From: Chiloscyllium plagiosum
Lineage: Eukaryota
Direction: 5' to 3'
Assembly: GCF_004010195.1 (NCBI RefSeq)
Contig: NC_057752.1
Location: 12,774,381-12,838,380, forward strand
Length of the DNA: 64,000 nt
Shown: one piece after another, positions 25,597 to 38,990 of the stretch
Layout: every line of letters begins with the position of its first letter
Numbering within the stretch: the stretch's first letter is position 1
The notes under the pieces: model-generated
Told to the model about the DNA's origin: nothing
Seen by the model: the letters and a program-made list of their open reading frames with translations, nothing else
Databases searched by the model: none
Program-made: the position numbers and the translations under genes

Positions 25597-25968
25597 ATGG
25601 AGGGTCAGTGCTGAGGGAATGATACACTGACAGAATGTCAGTACTGAGGGAATACCGCACTGTCGGAGGGTCAGTGCTGAGGTAATACCGCACTGTCGGA
25701 GGGTCAGTCCAGAGGGAGTGCCGCACTGTCGGAGGGTCAGTGCAGAGGGAGTGCCGCACTGTCGGAGGGTCAGTACTGAGGGAGTGCTGCACTGTCAGAG
25801 GGTCAATACTAAGGGAGTGCTGCACTACCGGAGTGTCAGTACTGAGGGAGTGCCACACTGTCGGAGGGTCAGTGCTGAGAGAGTGCCGCACTGTCGGAGG
25901 GTCAGGACTGAGGGAGTGCCACACTGTCGGAGGGTCAGGACTGAGGGAGTGCCACACTGTCAGAGGTG
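25597..25968. repeat. 36-bp GC-rich minisatellite (about 10 units): GGAGGGTCAGTGCTGAGGGAGTGCCGCACTGTC-like
   Basis: Directly visible tandem units. Confidence 0.95.
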
Positions 25969-26369
25969 TTGCTGCTTGCATGGAATCTGACGCTGAGGAT
26001 CTAGCAGGTCGCTGGGAAAAGTACCATCAATCCCAAGGCACTGATTGGACGAACATTACTTTTCTGCCCAGTGTCTTGGCTGATCATTAGGAACCAACAT
26101 CACAAGATACAAATTATCTCATCATTATCACCTAACCATCTTAAAAGCTCTTGTGGTGTAGTGGTAGTGTCAGCCAAGAAGTCTGGGTTCAAGTCTCACT
26201 TACTCCAGAGGTGTATTATAACATTGTTGAACAGGTTGATTTGCAAAAATGAGCCATAAGGCTGTCTTGTGGGAGCTTGCTGTGTACAAATGAGCTATCT
26301 GACCACTTCGGAAATTGGTGGTAATGAAAAGGCCTCTCTGATTTGCAATTTTAAAAAAAAAAGTCTGCC

Positions 26370-26610
26370 AGCTCACCCCCGTTACAGCCCTTCTCATTGG
26401 CTGGAAAGCTCTTTCGTCGTGCAATGTCGCCACAGAAATGTAATTTTAACTTTGTAAGCATATGCCAAACTTGCCAGGCTCGATCTTTTGATGCTGCCGT
26501 GGGGGAGTATACAAACCGCGACTTGCAGCCGCGTATGTACGGCACATTACTCAAAACATATGGCTTTTCTCAAAGGCGAACTCTCACATGGAAGGAGACT
26601 GCGGGCAGGG
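26370..26610. promoter_or_regulatory. CpG-rich non-repetitive patch, possible promoter or first exon
   Basis: About a dozen CpGs in ~230 bp against a CpG-poor background. ATTGG at 26396. Minus-strand donor-like GG|gtgagc at 26376. Confidence 0.35.
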
Positions 26611-29256
26611 TTGTTCCAGTCCCAGCACTTGACTGTGTGAATTTCAGCCCTTGTCTTCTTTCGGGAATTAATGGATTTTTGCTGGGGCATCAACTTGTGA
26701 TCTAGCTCAAACCCTTCATCCCTCCCAACTTACATCAGGAGGACTTTTGAGGATCAGAGTGGAGTGCATCTGGAGTGTGGACTTTTTTGGAGAGTTGCTG
26801 TTCTCTAGACGCTATGATGTGGCAAGGCACAGGACCACGGGGCTGAGAGAAGATTTCAAAGGAACTTGAACCTTGTTTGATTGCTGTCATTTGGCTGATT
26901 GAAAGCTCCAAGCGTTTGTGAGCCAGGATTACCTTTTGCAGAAGAAGGGGTTGCCTCCAGCAGGGACACTGTGAATATCCCAGACCTCAATATGAAAGCC
27001 CCTCAGAGGAGCCCTGGCAGGGCAGAACAGATGCTAGGAGCCATGGCAGATATGTTGACATCTTTTGCTATACCCAGCCAGCAGTGGGTAGGTGATCATT
27101 TCAGTTCAGCTTTCGCTCTCTCTCTCTCGGTTGCAAGCCCCAGTTGTAGGCAAAGGGCTGAACATCGGTTGCCAACGCCCTCCAGCATTGCACTTGGAAG
27201 TCTCCCGGATTTAAAGGAGCCACTCCCGGTGCTTGCTGCAAATAATGTCAGGCAGAAATACCATGAGATTGAAGTTTCTTGCTAACTCCACCCTCCTATT
27301 TACTTGAACAGAATTAGGTTGGAAGGGGGAAAGGATATTTGACCAGGCGATGGGGAGACGGAATGTGATGAGACCTCCAGGAATCAGTCCTGATCAGAGT
27401 TGGTAACTCTCAGGTTGACTGGTCACTGGGTGAACATGCTTGACGATGTGGCACGTGAAGGTGAGGACTGGCACTGGACCTGGCTGTGCTGCCCACCCAG
27501 GTCAAATAGCCTTTGGCTACCTTCACTGTGCGGGCTGTCTCCATCGAGTGCCCAGCCTGTGGAAGCTAAGTCCAGCAGCTGAGAGAGCCATCAAGAATGG
27601 GGGTGGAATGGGGTAAATTGAGGGTACACAGATATAAAACAACAGGGTCTTTGTAAAATCTACTCTGTGTGGGTTTAATGCAGGGAGGAATGTTGCCTGG
27701 TTGCATGGGAGTTATGTCTGCCTTTGGCAGTCTGAAGTACTGTGGGAAAGCGGACCCGGAAAGCTCAGCTCGGTTGTTCCACTGGGCATTTGCTATAGCT
27801 GCATCAAATAGTCTCTTTAATAAATTCATTGGGTGATGTGTGCAGGAGAGAGGGTTTGGGGGGGGCACATGGTTTTGATTTGCCCCTTGAGACCAGAATC
27901 CATTGGCCTGCCATCCAGGCACAGCCAAACTAAACAATTCCGATCACAGATTGCCAAATACTCACTGGCTTTTAAGCATCCGTTCCAAGTAAAGGGTAGG
28001 GATGGCAACGTACCCTAATTTGGAAGGGGCTAGGTGATGGATTCAAATGGTTTAATGGAGGGGCTGGGTGGCATATATAGGAAGTATTTGTCATCTTGGC
28101 ACTGTTGAACATGGAACTTACTGAAATGCCGACTGTTGCTAAGCTTTTTTTCCCCCCTACAACAATTAGTTAAAAAGATTGCTTAGCTTGGGAAAACGTG
28201 AACAGAATTGTTCTTCTAATTCCATCTTGGCCTCCTGTCTATCCCTGATTTTAATTTCACCCCCCCCCCAATGGTGGTCATGCCTTTACCTACCAGGACC
28301 CCAACCCTGTCTGTGTCTCTGCCTTGTTCTCCTCCTTTAAGTCCCTCCTCAAATCCTACCTCTTTGTTCAAGCTTTAGCTGTCTAATTGAATTACTGTTT
28401 ACAGTATATGGCTCAGTGTAGTACTTTTTCAGTCACTCCAGCGGAACATTTGGGGGATTTCTTTGCTGCATTGAAGGTGCTGTGCAAATGCAGTTGGTTG
28501 TTATTGTGGCGCTGACTGTACCTTTTATATCAAATCCTGGGAAAGTGTGGTTGGGTGTCACAGTGAGGTTCAAACTGGGGGTCCATGTTATCGGGAGTAA
28601 ACCTTTCCTTTTACGAATGGTTGGGAGGGTGTTCCACAACTGTAATAAGTTGCATTCCAATTGTGCCTTAAGGTGCTGCTTTATAAATGAAAAATTGACA
28701 CCGAGCCAATTAAGGAGATACGAGACTGAAAGGTTGGTCAAGGAAGTGTCTTAAAGGAGATAGAGAATTGCAGGGGTTTTTTTCAGAAATACCTGAGCGC
28801 AGGGCCTAGGTAGCTGAAGGCATGGCTGCCGATGGTGCACTGATTAAAATCAGGGATGTTCCAGAGGCCAGAATTGGAAAGAAATGCAGGACACCAATTA
28901 ATCCAGTTCCCAGTGGGAGTGGCCTCAGAGTCTGTAAATACACCAGATGTGACACTGGGCAATAGATTTCTCGAGTTGCTCCAATGTTACCACACTTTTT
29001 TGACAAAAGATCATGAGTCTCAAACCCCAGAATTTCTCAGCGGACTGTGCCTGTTGACTTTCAAAATCTGCGCTCAAAGTCATAATTACCAAGCCCCCCT
29101 CCCTGAAGGAATTCCGCAAGATTGTATGACTTTGAAAAGTGTTTATTGGTGTTGGGGTTAACGTGCTGTTGAGATTGGGGAGACTGAGGTATGTTGTGGG
29201 GATGGTATTGGCAGACTATCAACATAAGAAGAGCTTAATGCCTACTATCAGGAAGA

Positions 29257-29403
29257 CAGGCAGGAGCCTGGAAGAACACAGCAAGCCAGTCAGGACTGAA
29301 GAAGGATTACACATGAAATGTCGACTTCTCCACCTCCTGATGCTGCCTGGCTTGCTGTGTTCTTGCCTGTCTTTTGGGTTCCAGCATCTGCATTTTTTTG
29401 TTG
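29257..29403 (+). mobile_element. Degenerate hammerhead mini-element with short 5' fold-back
   Basis: TSD ctatcaggaaga (29245-29256 and 29404-29415); ctgaagaagg...gaaatgtc core. Confidence 0.7.
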
Positions 29404-29454
29404 CTATCAGGAAGAGCTTGGTTCGCTTGGACTAAACCAACAAGATTTAATGGC

Positions 29455-29716
29455 TGGGGTGTTACAAGAGGTGCGGTGGCAAAGTCTCTCTGCGTAGTCT
29501 GTGTTGTAGGTCGACCTAAGTGGGTTCGTGACCGTAATCCTTTCGGGATCTTTCCTACTTGCCTGCATTCCTGTAGAAACTTGATGTCTGTGTCGATATA
29601 TGCAATCTTCTTGGAGATCCTCCCCACTTTAAGCCGGCGGTTAGTGGTGTCGATAGTAGTCATGATTTGGAGATGCCGGTGTTGGACTGGGGTCCAACAC
29701 CGGCATCTCCAAATTG
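29455..29716 (-). mobile_element. Penelope-like ORF N-terminus with terminal hairpin
   Basis: MTTIDTTNRRLKV...IKFLQECRQVGKIPKGL. TSD agatttaatggc (29443-29454 and 29717-29728). Confidence 0.75.
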
Positions 29717-31499
29717 AGATTTAATGGCAGCATTAATGAGTTTATTTGAGAAGTGCATTGACCAATCAGAGTCTGCTTGCCTGGTTTGAATTCAAACGAT
29801 GGCCTGACAGTCAACTGATCCTTCGCGCTCCATGGTTAGGGTTCTACCAATCTGAGACCACTTGCTAACCAATCAACAGCCTGTTTCATGCAGTGGAAAT
29901 TGTTGGTCTCTTCGAGATTTGGTATTCTTGCAATTCTGTCCTGATGAGGACAAGATCAAATGCTTCAACCTTCTGCTGTTTTAATTCCTCAATGCTGAAG
30001 CGTCATGCTACCAAATGACTTTTTTGAAAAGTTCTTTTGTGGTGTTGTCACTGTCGTGGTTTATAAGCATTTTGTGCATAGCAAGATTCCACCAGCAACA
30101 AATAAGGTCACGACCAGATCGTCGGTCATCAGTGATGTTGACACTGGGAGAGGACACCCCATCTCTTTTGAAATGGGTAGCTGAGAGGGCCTCAGTTTAA
30201 TACTTCACTCGACCAAGCAACACTCTCTCTGTTCTGCAGTTGGAATTCTCGGCCAAGTTGAGGTGTTTAATTCTCTGCAGCAGGATTTAAATGCACAACC
30301 TCCTGTGCCAGAGGTGAGAGTGATACTGTGGCTAATGCAATTCGAAGAGATCGACCTAGCGGTGGCAAAGGGCTGACAGTTAATGTGTAAGGCAGGGATT
30401 AGACAGATGTTGGTGTTTGACCTTGCTTTGGGCCCACTCTCAGATCTGTGCCTTCAGTTGGGAAGGAGGGGGTGGATTGCTGCACTAACAGGGAGCGCTT
30501 TGTGAGAAATCATGGGCAAACAGCCTATAAACTTTCCAGCCATCCCAATTAATTTTGATTTTTCACAGCACATTCCCTGAGAAGGCAGCTCCCTTTGGGC
30601 AGTGTGGGATCTGATGTATAATCATTGGATAGTTTATCCTGAGTGCTTCCAAAAACAAACTACAAGGGCTGTGGGTGGTGCAATAGTTTAGCAGTTTGTT
30701 TCCAGCTCTGGCTGGCGAGTGCTAGATTTATATTTTTAAAAAATTCATTCACAGGATGAGGGCATTGCTGGGTAGGCAGCATTTATTGCCCATCCCTAAT
30801 TGCCCAGAGGTCAGTTAAGAGTCAACCAGATTGCTGTGGATCTGGAGTCACATGTGGGCCAGACCAGGTAAATATGGCAGTTTCCTTCCTGAGAGGTCAT
30901 TCGTGAACCAGATGGGATTTTCCGAATAATGGTTTCATTAGACACTTAATTCCAGATTTCTTTTTAATTAATAAATCCATCTGCTGTGGTGAGACTCAAA
31001 CCCAGAACTTTATCTGGGTCCTTGGATTAACAGTCTAGTGATAATACCACTAGACCAGCACCTCCCCAATTAAGCTGTAACAGTCGGACCATGAAGTGTT
31101 TTTTTTTCTATAGCTACTTTCATGACCACAGGACATACATTGGCTGCAAAGAGCTTTGGAAGTATTTTCGAAGTGTTGCCACTGCCGCTACAGAGGAAGC
31201 ATGGCAGCCAATTTATGCACAGCACACTCCTAAAAACAGCAATCTGATAATGATCAGGAAAAACAACACCTTGAGTTTAAATTGCGTATTTATGTAAAAA
31301 GCCATTACAGAGGTAGAATGAAAATTGGGACTGAACCAAATAAAGAGTGTTTAAAATCAAACAAACAAGAATAGGACTTATACAGTTAATTTTTTTTTTA
31401 GATTAGATTAGATTAGATTACTTACAGTGTGGAAACAGGCCCTTCGTGAAAATTGGGACTGAACCAAATAAAGAGTGTTTAAAATCAAACAAACAAGAA

Positions 31500-32208
31500 T
31501 AGGACTTATACAGTTAATGATAGGGCCTTAGGCCGTAGTGTAGAAAAGAGAGATCTAGGGGTTCAGGTACACAATTCTTTGAAGTTTGCATCACAGGTAG
31601 ACAGGGTGGTTAGGAAGGCATTTAGCATGTTTACCTTCATTACTCAGACATTTGAATATAGGAGTTGGAACGTCATGTTGAGGTTGTACAGGACATTGGT
31701 GCGGCCTCTTCTGGAGAACTGTGTCCAGTTCTGGTCTCCCTGTTATAGGAAGGGTGGAGAGGGTTCAGAAGAGATTTATCAGGATGTTGCCAGGATTGGC
31801 GGGTTTGAAATATAAAAACAGGCTGGAACTTCTTTCACTGGAGTGTAGGAGATTGAGGGTGACCTTTATTAAATCATGAGGGTATAGATAAGGTGAATGG
31901 CAGCTGTCTTTTCCTGAGGATGGGGGATTTCAAGACTAGGTGAGAGGAGCAAGATTTTAAAAAGACAGGTGGGCATTTTTTTTTTACACAGAAAGTGGTT
32001 CGTGTGTGGAATGAACTGACAGAGAAAGTGGTGGATTGCAGGTACAGATACAACATTTAAAAGACATTTGGATGAGTACATGAATAAGAAATGTTTGGAG
32101 GGATATGGGCCAAGCGCAGGCAGGTGGGACTAGTTTAGTTTGGGATTATGATCAGTATGGACTGATTGGATTGAAGGGTCTGTTTCTCTGTTGTATGACT
32201 CTGACTAT
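31500..32208 (+). mobile_element. CR1 LINE 3' fragment
   Basis: LYRTLVRPLLENCVQFWSP motif and CR1 tail. Confidence 0.92.
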
Positions 32209-32811
32209 GGTCAAAGCTCAGTGTTTCAAAGGTGACAGGTTGGGGGTGGGGGAGGGATGAAGCTTTTCATACTTAAAGGAAGAGTGAAAGACAGAAACTT
32301 AAAAAAAAAACTGGAAAAAAGTTGATGGCGAGTGGAGTGGCATTGTTTTCAGGGTGAGTGTAGTTCATTCTTCAAGGGTAATGTCTTAATCAACTGGAGT
32401 TGATCTGCCTGGTTTAAATGTAAACAAAACTTGGCAGTTCACTGTCAGTCATCATTTAACTGGTGTATTCTGTGTGGTAATGCCTCAACCAATCAAAATC
32501 GCTTGCCAACAAATTAGCACTCAACTCAGACAGGATAAAATGTACCTGTGATGGTGGTATTCTTGTGAACTGTCCTGATGAGTGCAGGATGCAAATTTTA
32601 ACAAAATGGATTTTTTTTTCCATCAGTACTCAGGAAGTGCCAATGCAAGGACTGGGAAGGCATCAAGCAGGAATGATATAATAAATATAGATGAAGAGAT
32701 TCATTAATTATAGTGTGGAAAGATAACAGTAAGTAATTCCATGCTTCAAATTATTCGAGAGCAGCAATCAGGAAGGATTGTTTTTGAGAGCGATCTTAGG
32801 AGCTGATTAAA

Positions 32812-33400
32812 AAATTTTTCCATGGGATGCCAGCATCACTAGCTGTGCCCAGTATTTATTGCCCCGTCCCTCATTGCCCCTTGAGAAAGTGGGGGTGAAC
32901 TGCCTTTGTGAACTCCTGCAGTCCATGTGCTGTAGGTAGACCCACAATGCCTTTAGGGAGGGAATCCCAGGACTGTGTCCCAGCAACAGTGAAGGAACAA
33001 TGATATATTTCCAAGTCAGGTGGCTTGGAGGGGAACTAGCAGGGGTGGTGGTATTTATCTGCTGCCCTTGTTCTTGAAGCAGGAAGTGGCTGTGAGTTTG
33101 GAAGATGCTGTCTAAAGATCTTTAGTGACCTTTTGCAGTGTACCTTGTAGATGGTACACACTGCTGCGACTGAGCGTCAGTGGTGGAAGGAGTAGATGTT
33201 TGTGGATGTGGTGTCAATCAAGCGGGCTGCTTTGTCCTGGATGGTGTCAAGTTTCTTGTGTTGTTGGAGTTGCACCCATCCAGGCAAGTATTCCATCACA
33301 CTCCTGACTTGTTCCTTCCAGATGGTGGGCAAGCTTTGGGGAGTCAGAAGGTGAGTTAATTTCTAGAAAGATCACAATGTCTGATCTGCTCTTGTAGCCA
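32812..33400 (-). mobile_element. CR1/L2-group LINE 3' end
   Basis: RT C-terminal-like minus-strand sequence whose tail matches the second SINE family. Confidence 0.65.
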
Positions 33401-33404
33401 CAGT

Positions 33405-34905
33405 AAGATCATAAGACATAGGATTGGAAGTAAGGCCATTCGGCCCATTGAGTCCACTCCGCCATTCAATCATGGCCGATGGGCATTCCAACTCTACTTA
33501 CCCGCATTCTCCCAGTAGCCCTTAATTCCTTGTGACATCAAGAATTTATCAATCTCTGCCTTGAAGACATTTAACGTCCCGGCTTCCATTGCGCTGCGTG
33601 GGAATGAATTCCACAGGCCCACCATACTCTGGCTGAAGAAATGTCTCTTCGTTTCCATTCTAAATTGGCCCCCTCTAATTCTAAGGCTGTGCCCACGGGT
33701 CCTGGTATCCCTGCCCAACGGAAGCAATTTCCCAGCGTCCACCCTTTCTAAGCCATGCATTAACTTCTAAGTTTCTATTAGATCTCCCCTCAACCTTCTA
33801 AACTCTAATGAATATAATCTCAGCAGTTCATCGTATGTCAGGCCTGCCACTCCAGGGATCATCCGTGTGACTCTCCGCTGGACACGCTTCAATGCCAGTA
33901 TGTCCTTCCTGAGGTGTGGGGCCCAAAATTGGACACAGTATTCTAAATGGGCCCTAACTAGAGCTTTATAAAGTCTCAGAAGGACATCACTGCTTTTATA
34001 TTCCAACCCTCCTGAGATAAATGACAACATTACATTCACTTAGTCACAGACTCAACTTGCAAGTTAACCTTTAGAGAATTCTGGACTAGCACTCCCAGAT
34101 CCCTTTGTACTTCGGCTTTATGAATTTTCTCACCGTTTAGAAAATAGTTCATGCCTGTATTCTTTTTTCCCAAATGCAAGACATCGCATTTGCTCAAGTT
34201 GAATTTCATCAGCTATTTCCTGGACTACCTTCCTAAACTATCTAAATCTTTTTGCAGCCTCCCCACATCCTCAGTACTACCTGCCTGTCCACCTAACTTC
34301 ATATCATCAGTAAACTTTGCCAGAATGCCCCCAGTCCCTTCATCCAGATAATTAATATATAAACTGAACCCTGCGGGGCACCACTTGTCACCGGCTGCCA
34401 TTCTGAAAAAAACCTTTTATCCCAACTCTCTGGCCTTCTGTCAAACAGCCAATCCTCAATCCATATCAGTAGCTCAGCAGCCTCCCGTGAGGCACCTTAT
34501 CAAAGGCCTTTTGGAAGTCGAGATAGATAACATCCATTGGTCTAACCTACTTGTTACCTCTTCAAAGAATTCTAACAGGTTTGTCAGGCACGACCTCCCC
34601 GATCACAACCAATGCCTTAACTATTTCCTCAGCCACCTCTCTCAGAACTCTAGCATGCAGCCCATCAGAGTCAGGAGACTTATCAATTTTTAGACCTTTT
34701 AGCTTTTCTAGCACTTTCTCTTTTGTAATGGCTACCATACTCAACTCTGCCCCCTGACTCTCCTTAATTGTTGGGATATTACTCATGTCTTCTACTGTGA
34801 AGACTGATGCAAAGTACTTATTAAGTTCTCCAGCTATTTCCTTATCTCCCAGCACTAGCCTTCCTGCATCAATTTGGAGCAGCCCAATGTCTAGTTTTGC
34901 CTCTC
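33405..34905 (-). mobile_element. CR1 LINE ORF2 with internal deletions plus 3' tail
   Basis: LNKYFASVFT, KSPDSDGLH and HLEYCVQFWAP motifs. Confidence 0.93.
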
Positions 34906-35940
34906 GTGGGAGACCGTACACATGTAGTGTGTCGGGATTCAGCCACTGCCCAAATATATACCCGGCAGCCCTCTGCTCCTCGGTGTGGCATCTCCCTCTG
35001 CTGCACCTTTAAAACTGATCTTGTACCCTCCCTTCCCGCAGCCCTCACCTCTCTCCGTCCTCTCTCCTCACTGCTCTAAAAATGAAGGCCCGACTCCTGA
35101 GATAAGTCCCTTTTTAAGTGGGAAAACCTACCCTTCCCGGCAGCCCTTGGTTCTCTCCGCCCTCTCTCCTCGCGACTCTGTATTATACAGTATTTATATA
35201 GCTGGTCTATGTTGTATAAGATAATGATTTTGAAGGGGTTGCTGTTTATGTTACATTGGTTCCACCCATTCTACCAATGTCACACACAATCTGTGAGTGG
35301 AGCCAATGAATTTTACTCTTCCTTTGAGAGGGGAGATGGATCTGTACCAGTTCTCTCAGGGGCCAGGAATTTTGCCTGATCAAATGTAGTTGGCCTTATT
35401 CCAATAAACTTGTTATCTAAGAACAGCCTCTTCTGGAGATACTCTGTAATGGTGTATCCTCTAAACCTAAGCAACGCAAAGGCCCAACGCAAAGCAAAGA
35501 CAAAGAAGGGTTGATGGGTGTGGACCACCTCAAACAACCCCATCCAGTACCACACACCGACATAAGGTGTCAGGAATGATCATCTGGGGAAATGCCACAG
35601 TCTAGCTCGATTTCTGGCCAACAGTAACGCCAAGGATGTTGATAGCAGGGGATTCAGCGACAGTAACGCCTTTTAATGTCAAGCAAAGATGGATTAATTC
35701 TGTGAAGGTTGAATTTTGCCAGATCTCACTAAGTAAATGTTTGTGTGAATCGTTTATTCTGAAAGGATTTTGGAATAGCGATATCGTAAACCCTCCTCTG
35801 TGACATGTCCCTTTCTGTGGCAGCAAAATAACGTGTATAAAGAGGTTTGAATGATTCTTGATAGAAGCAGAGACCTAAGGCCACATTCCCTGTGTACATT
35901 CCAGCTCTGTCACCTATGCTGGATACCAATAAGGTCTGTT

Positions 35941-37624
35941 ATGGTTCTGTTCGCCGAGCTGGGAATTTGTGTTGCAGATATTTCGTCCCCTGTCTAGGTG
36001 ACATCCTCAGTGCTTGGGAGCCTCCTGTGAAGCGCTTCTGTGATCTTTCCTCCAGCATTTGTAGTGGTTTGAATCTGCCGCTTCCGGTTGTCAGTTCCAG
36101 CTGTCCGCTGCAGTGGCCGGAATATTGGGTCCAGGTCGATGTGCTTATTGATTGAATCAGTGGATGAGTGCCATGCCTCTAGGAATTCCCTGGCTGTTCT
36201 CTGTTTGGCTTGTCCTATAATAGTAGTGTTGTCCCAGTCNNNNNNNNNNNNNNNNNNNNNNNNNNNNNNNNNNNNNNNNNNNNNNNNNNNNNNNNNNNNN
36301 NNNNNNNNNNNNNNNNNNNNNNNNNNNNNNNNNNNNNNNNNNNNNNNNNNNNNNNNNNNNNNNNNNNNNNNNNNNNNNNNNNNNNNNNNNNNNNNNNNNN
36401 NNNNNNNNNNNNNNNNNNNNNNNNNNNNNNNNNNNNNNNNNNNNNNNNNNNNNNNNNNNNNNNNNNNNNNNNNNNNNNNNNNNNNNNNNNNNNNNNNNNN
36501 NNNNNNNNNNNNNNNNNNNNNNNNNNNNNNNNNNNNNNNNNNNNNNNNNNNNNNNNNNNNNNNNNNNNNNNNNNNNNNNNNNNNNNNNNNNNNNNNNNNN
36601 NNNNNNNNNNNNNNNNNNNNNNNNNNNNNNNNNNNNNNNNNNNNNNNNNNNNNNNNNNNNNNNNNNNNNNNNNNNNNNNNNNNNNNNNNNNNNNNNNNNN
36701 NNNNNNNNNNNNNNNNNNNNNNNNNNNNNNNNNNNNNNNNNNNNNNNNNNNNNNNNNNNNNNNNNNNNNNNNNNNNNNNNNNNNNNNNNNNNNNNNNNNN
36801 NNNNNNNNNNNNNNNNNNNNNNNNNNNNNNNNNNNNNNNNNNNNNNNNNNNNNNNNNNNNNNNNNNNNNNNNNNNNNNNNNNNNNNNNNNNNNNNNNNNN
36901 NNNNNNNNNNNNNNNNNNNNNNNNNNNNNNNNNNNNNNNNNNNNNNNNNNNNNNNNNNNNNNNNNNNNNNNNNNNNNNNNNNNNNNNNNNNNNNNNNNNN
37001 NNNNNNNNNNNNNNNNNNNNNNNNNNNNNNNNNNNNNNNNNNNNNNNNNNNNNNNNNNNNNNNNNNNNNNNNNNNNNNNNNNNNNNNNNNNNNNNNNNNN
37101 NNNNNNNTCGAATGAGACCATGGTTTCTTCCTTGTCTATGTGTATATTTCTGATGATGTCCAAGAATTCCTGTGTTGATTGTATAGAGTGTCTGGATCCG
37201 CTGATCAGGTGTTTCAGTTTCTGCTGTAGTTCTTTCGCCAGTTTGTGTGATGGTGTCCCTGGTAGTGATACTCTGGGTCTGAGTGGGATGTCTGGTTTGT
37301 GCACTTTAGGTAGTCGTCTGGGGGTGTTGTTGCTTTCAGGTTTCATTCTTTGTAGGTCAAACCTGGTTATCTGTCTGTTTTTTTTGTAGGTTCCTCAGTG
37401 CGTTGTTTATCCTATTGGTGAGCTGTGGGGGTGGGGTCAAACTCCCTCTTTTGGTAGGTGTTGGTATCTGCAAGTAGTTGTTGCGCTTTCTGGATGTACT
37501 CTGCTTTGTCCTCTGAGGATGTCACCTAGACAGGGGACGAAACGTCTGCAACACAAATTCCCAGCTCGGCGAACAGAACCACAACAACGACCTCCCGAGC
37601 TACAAATCTTCGCACAAACCATGA
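35941..37624 (-). mobile_element. Penelope-like element (RT to GIY-YIG C-terminus, centre in gap) with inverted terminal repeat
   Basis: LPKVHKPDIPLRP...MVSF and REFLEAWHS motifs. 16-bp TSD accaataaggtctgtt (35925-35940 and 37625-37640). Hammerhead cores at 35973-36013 (-) and 37513-37550 (+). Confidence 0.92.
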
Positions 37625-37939
37625 ACCAATAAGGTCTGTTCTGTGTGCACTACAAGCATCTTGTACTAACTCAAAAGTTGCTATTGGGAGGCAGAGAAAA
37701 TTGGAGGTTGATGAACAGTTGCATTTTAACACTGACCAAGGAAAAGCCTCTGATAAAGAAGCTGGTAGTAGCAGTCTGGGTAGGAATCTGAATGTTGTGG
37801 AGCAAGATTGTGAAGGATTTGAAAGGAGGATAAGGATCCTGACATTGGTTCACCCTGAGATGAATCATCACCTTCCAAATCTCATGCAAAACACAGGGTG
37901 TAATCTTATTAGGTTCAGAGTGACGTGGGTTATAGCAAG

Positions 37940-38990
37940 ATAGGTGGTTCTCTAATAGAAGGCAGAGAGTTGGGATAAGGGGGGCAATTTCAGGATAGCA
38001 ACCTGTAACTGGTGGAGTGCCACAGGGGTCAGTGCTGGGGCCACAATTATTTACGACATGTATTACTGACTTGAATGAGGAAAGTGAATGTACTGTAGCC
38101 AAATTTGAGAAAACACAAAAATATGTGGAAGGCAAGTGGTGAGGATGACACACAGACTCTGCAGAGGGATATAGAATGAAGCAAAATGACTGGTCAAAAA
38201 CTTGGCACATGGAATATAATGTGGGGAAAACTGTGAGGTTATTCACTTTGGCAGGAAGAGGAGGAGCTGAATATTATTTAAATGGAGAAAGACTTCAGTA
38301 AGCTACAGAACAGAGGGATTTGGGAATCCTCATCCATGAAGCACAAAAAGCGAGCATCCGAGTTCAGCAGGGAATAGGGAAGGCGAATGGAATGTTGCTC
38401 TTTATTCCAAAGGGAATGGAGTATAAAAATAGGGAGGATTTGCTAAAACTATACAAGGCACCGGTCAGACCACAGCTGGAATACTGTGAACAGTTTTGGG
38501 TCCCTTTATCTGAGAAAGACAAACTGACATTGGAGGCAGTCCAGAGGAGGTCCACTCGGCTGATCCCGGGTATGGAGGGACTGTTAGGGTTACAGACCCT
38601 TAGAAAATAGGCAACAGGTTTAGGTAGAAGATCTGGATTGGTGCAGGCTTGAATGGCTGAAGGATCTGTTCTTGTGCTGTAATTTTCTTTGTTCTCTTTG
38701 TTTCATGACGAGAGGTTAAGTAGGTTGGGCCTACACTTGTTGGAATTTAGATGAATGAAAGGTGACCTTATTGAGACATACAGGATTCTTAGTGGACTGG
38801 ACAGGGGACATGTGCAGAGTTTGTTTCCCCTTGTGGAAGAGTCTAGGACCAGAAGGTATAATTTCAGAATAAGGGGTCGCCCATTTAAGATAGAGATGAG
38901 GAGGAATCTTGTCTCTGAGATCAGTGAATCTGTGGAATGGTGGAGCCTATTCAATGGGCTGAAAGGCCTATTTGTGCTTCAGTGTCTTAT
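37940..38990 (+). mobile_element. Decayed CR1 LINE RT and 3' region
   Basis: [10 protein letters not shown] and RPQLEYCEQFW motifs. Confidence 0.9.

Noticed and set aside
25589..26090. Repetitive-protein ORFs on both strands
   Set aside because: They result from a minisatellite that lacks stop codons; there are no splice signals.
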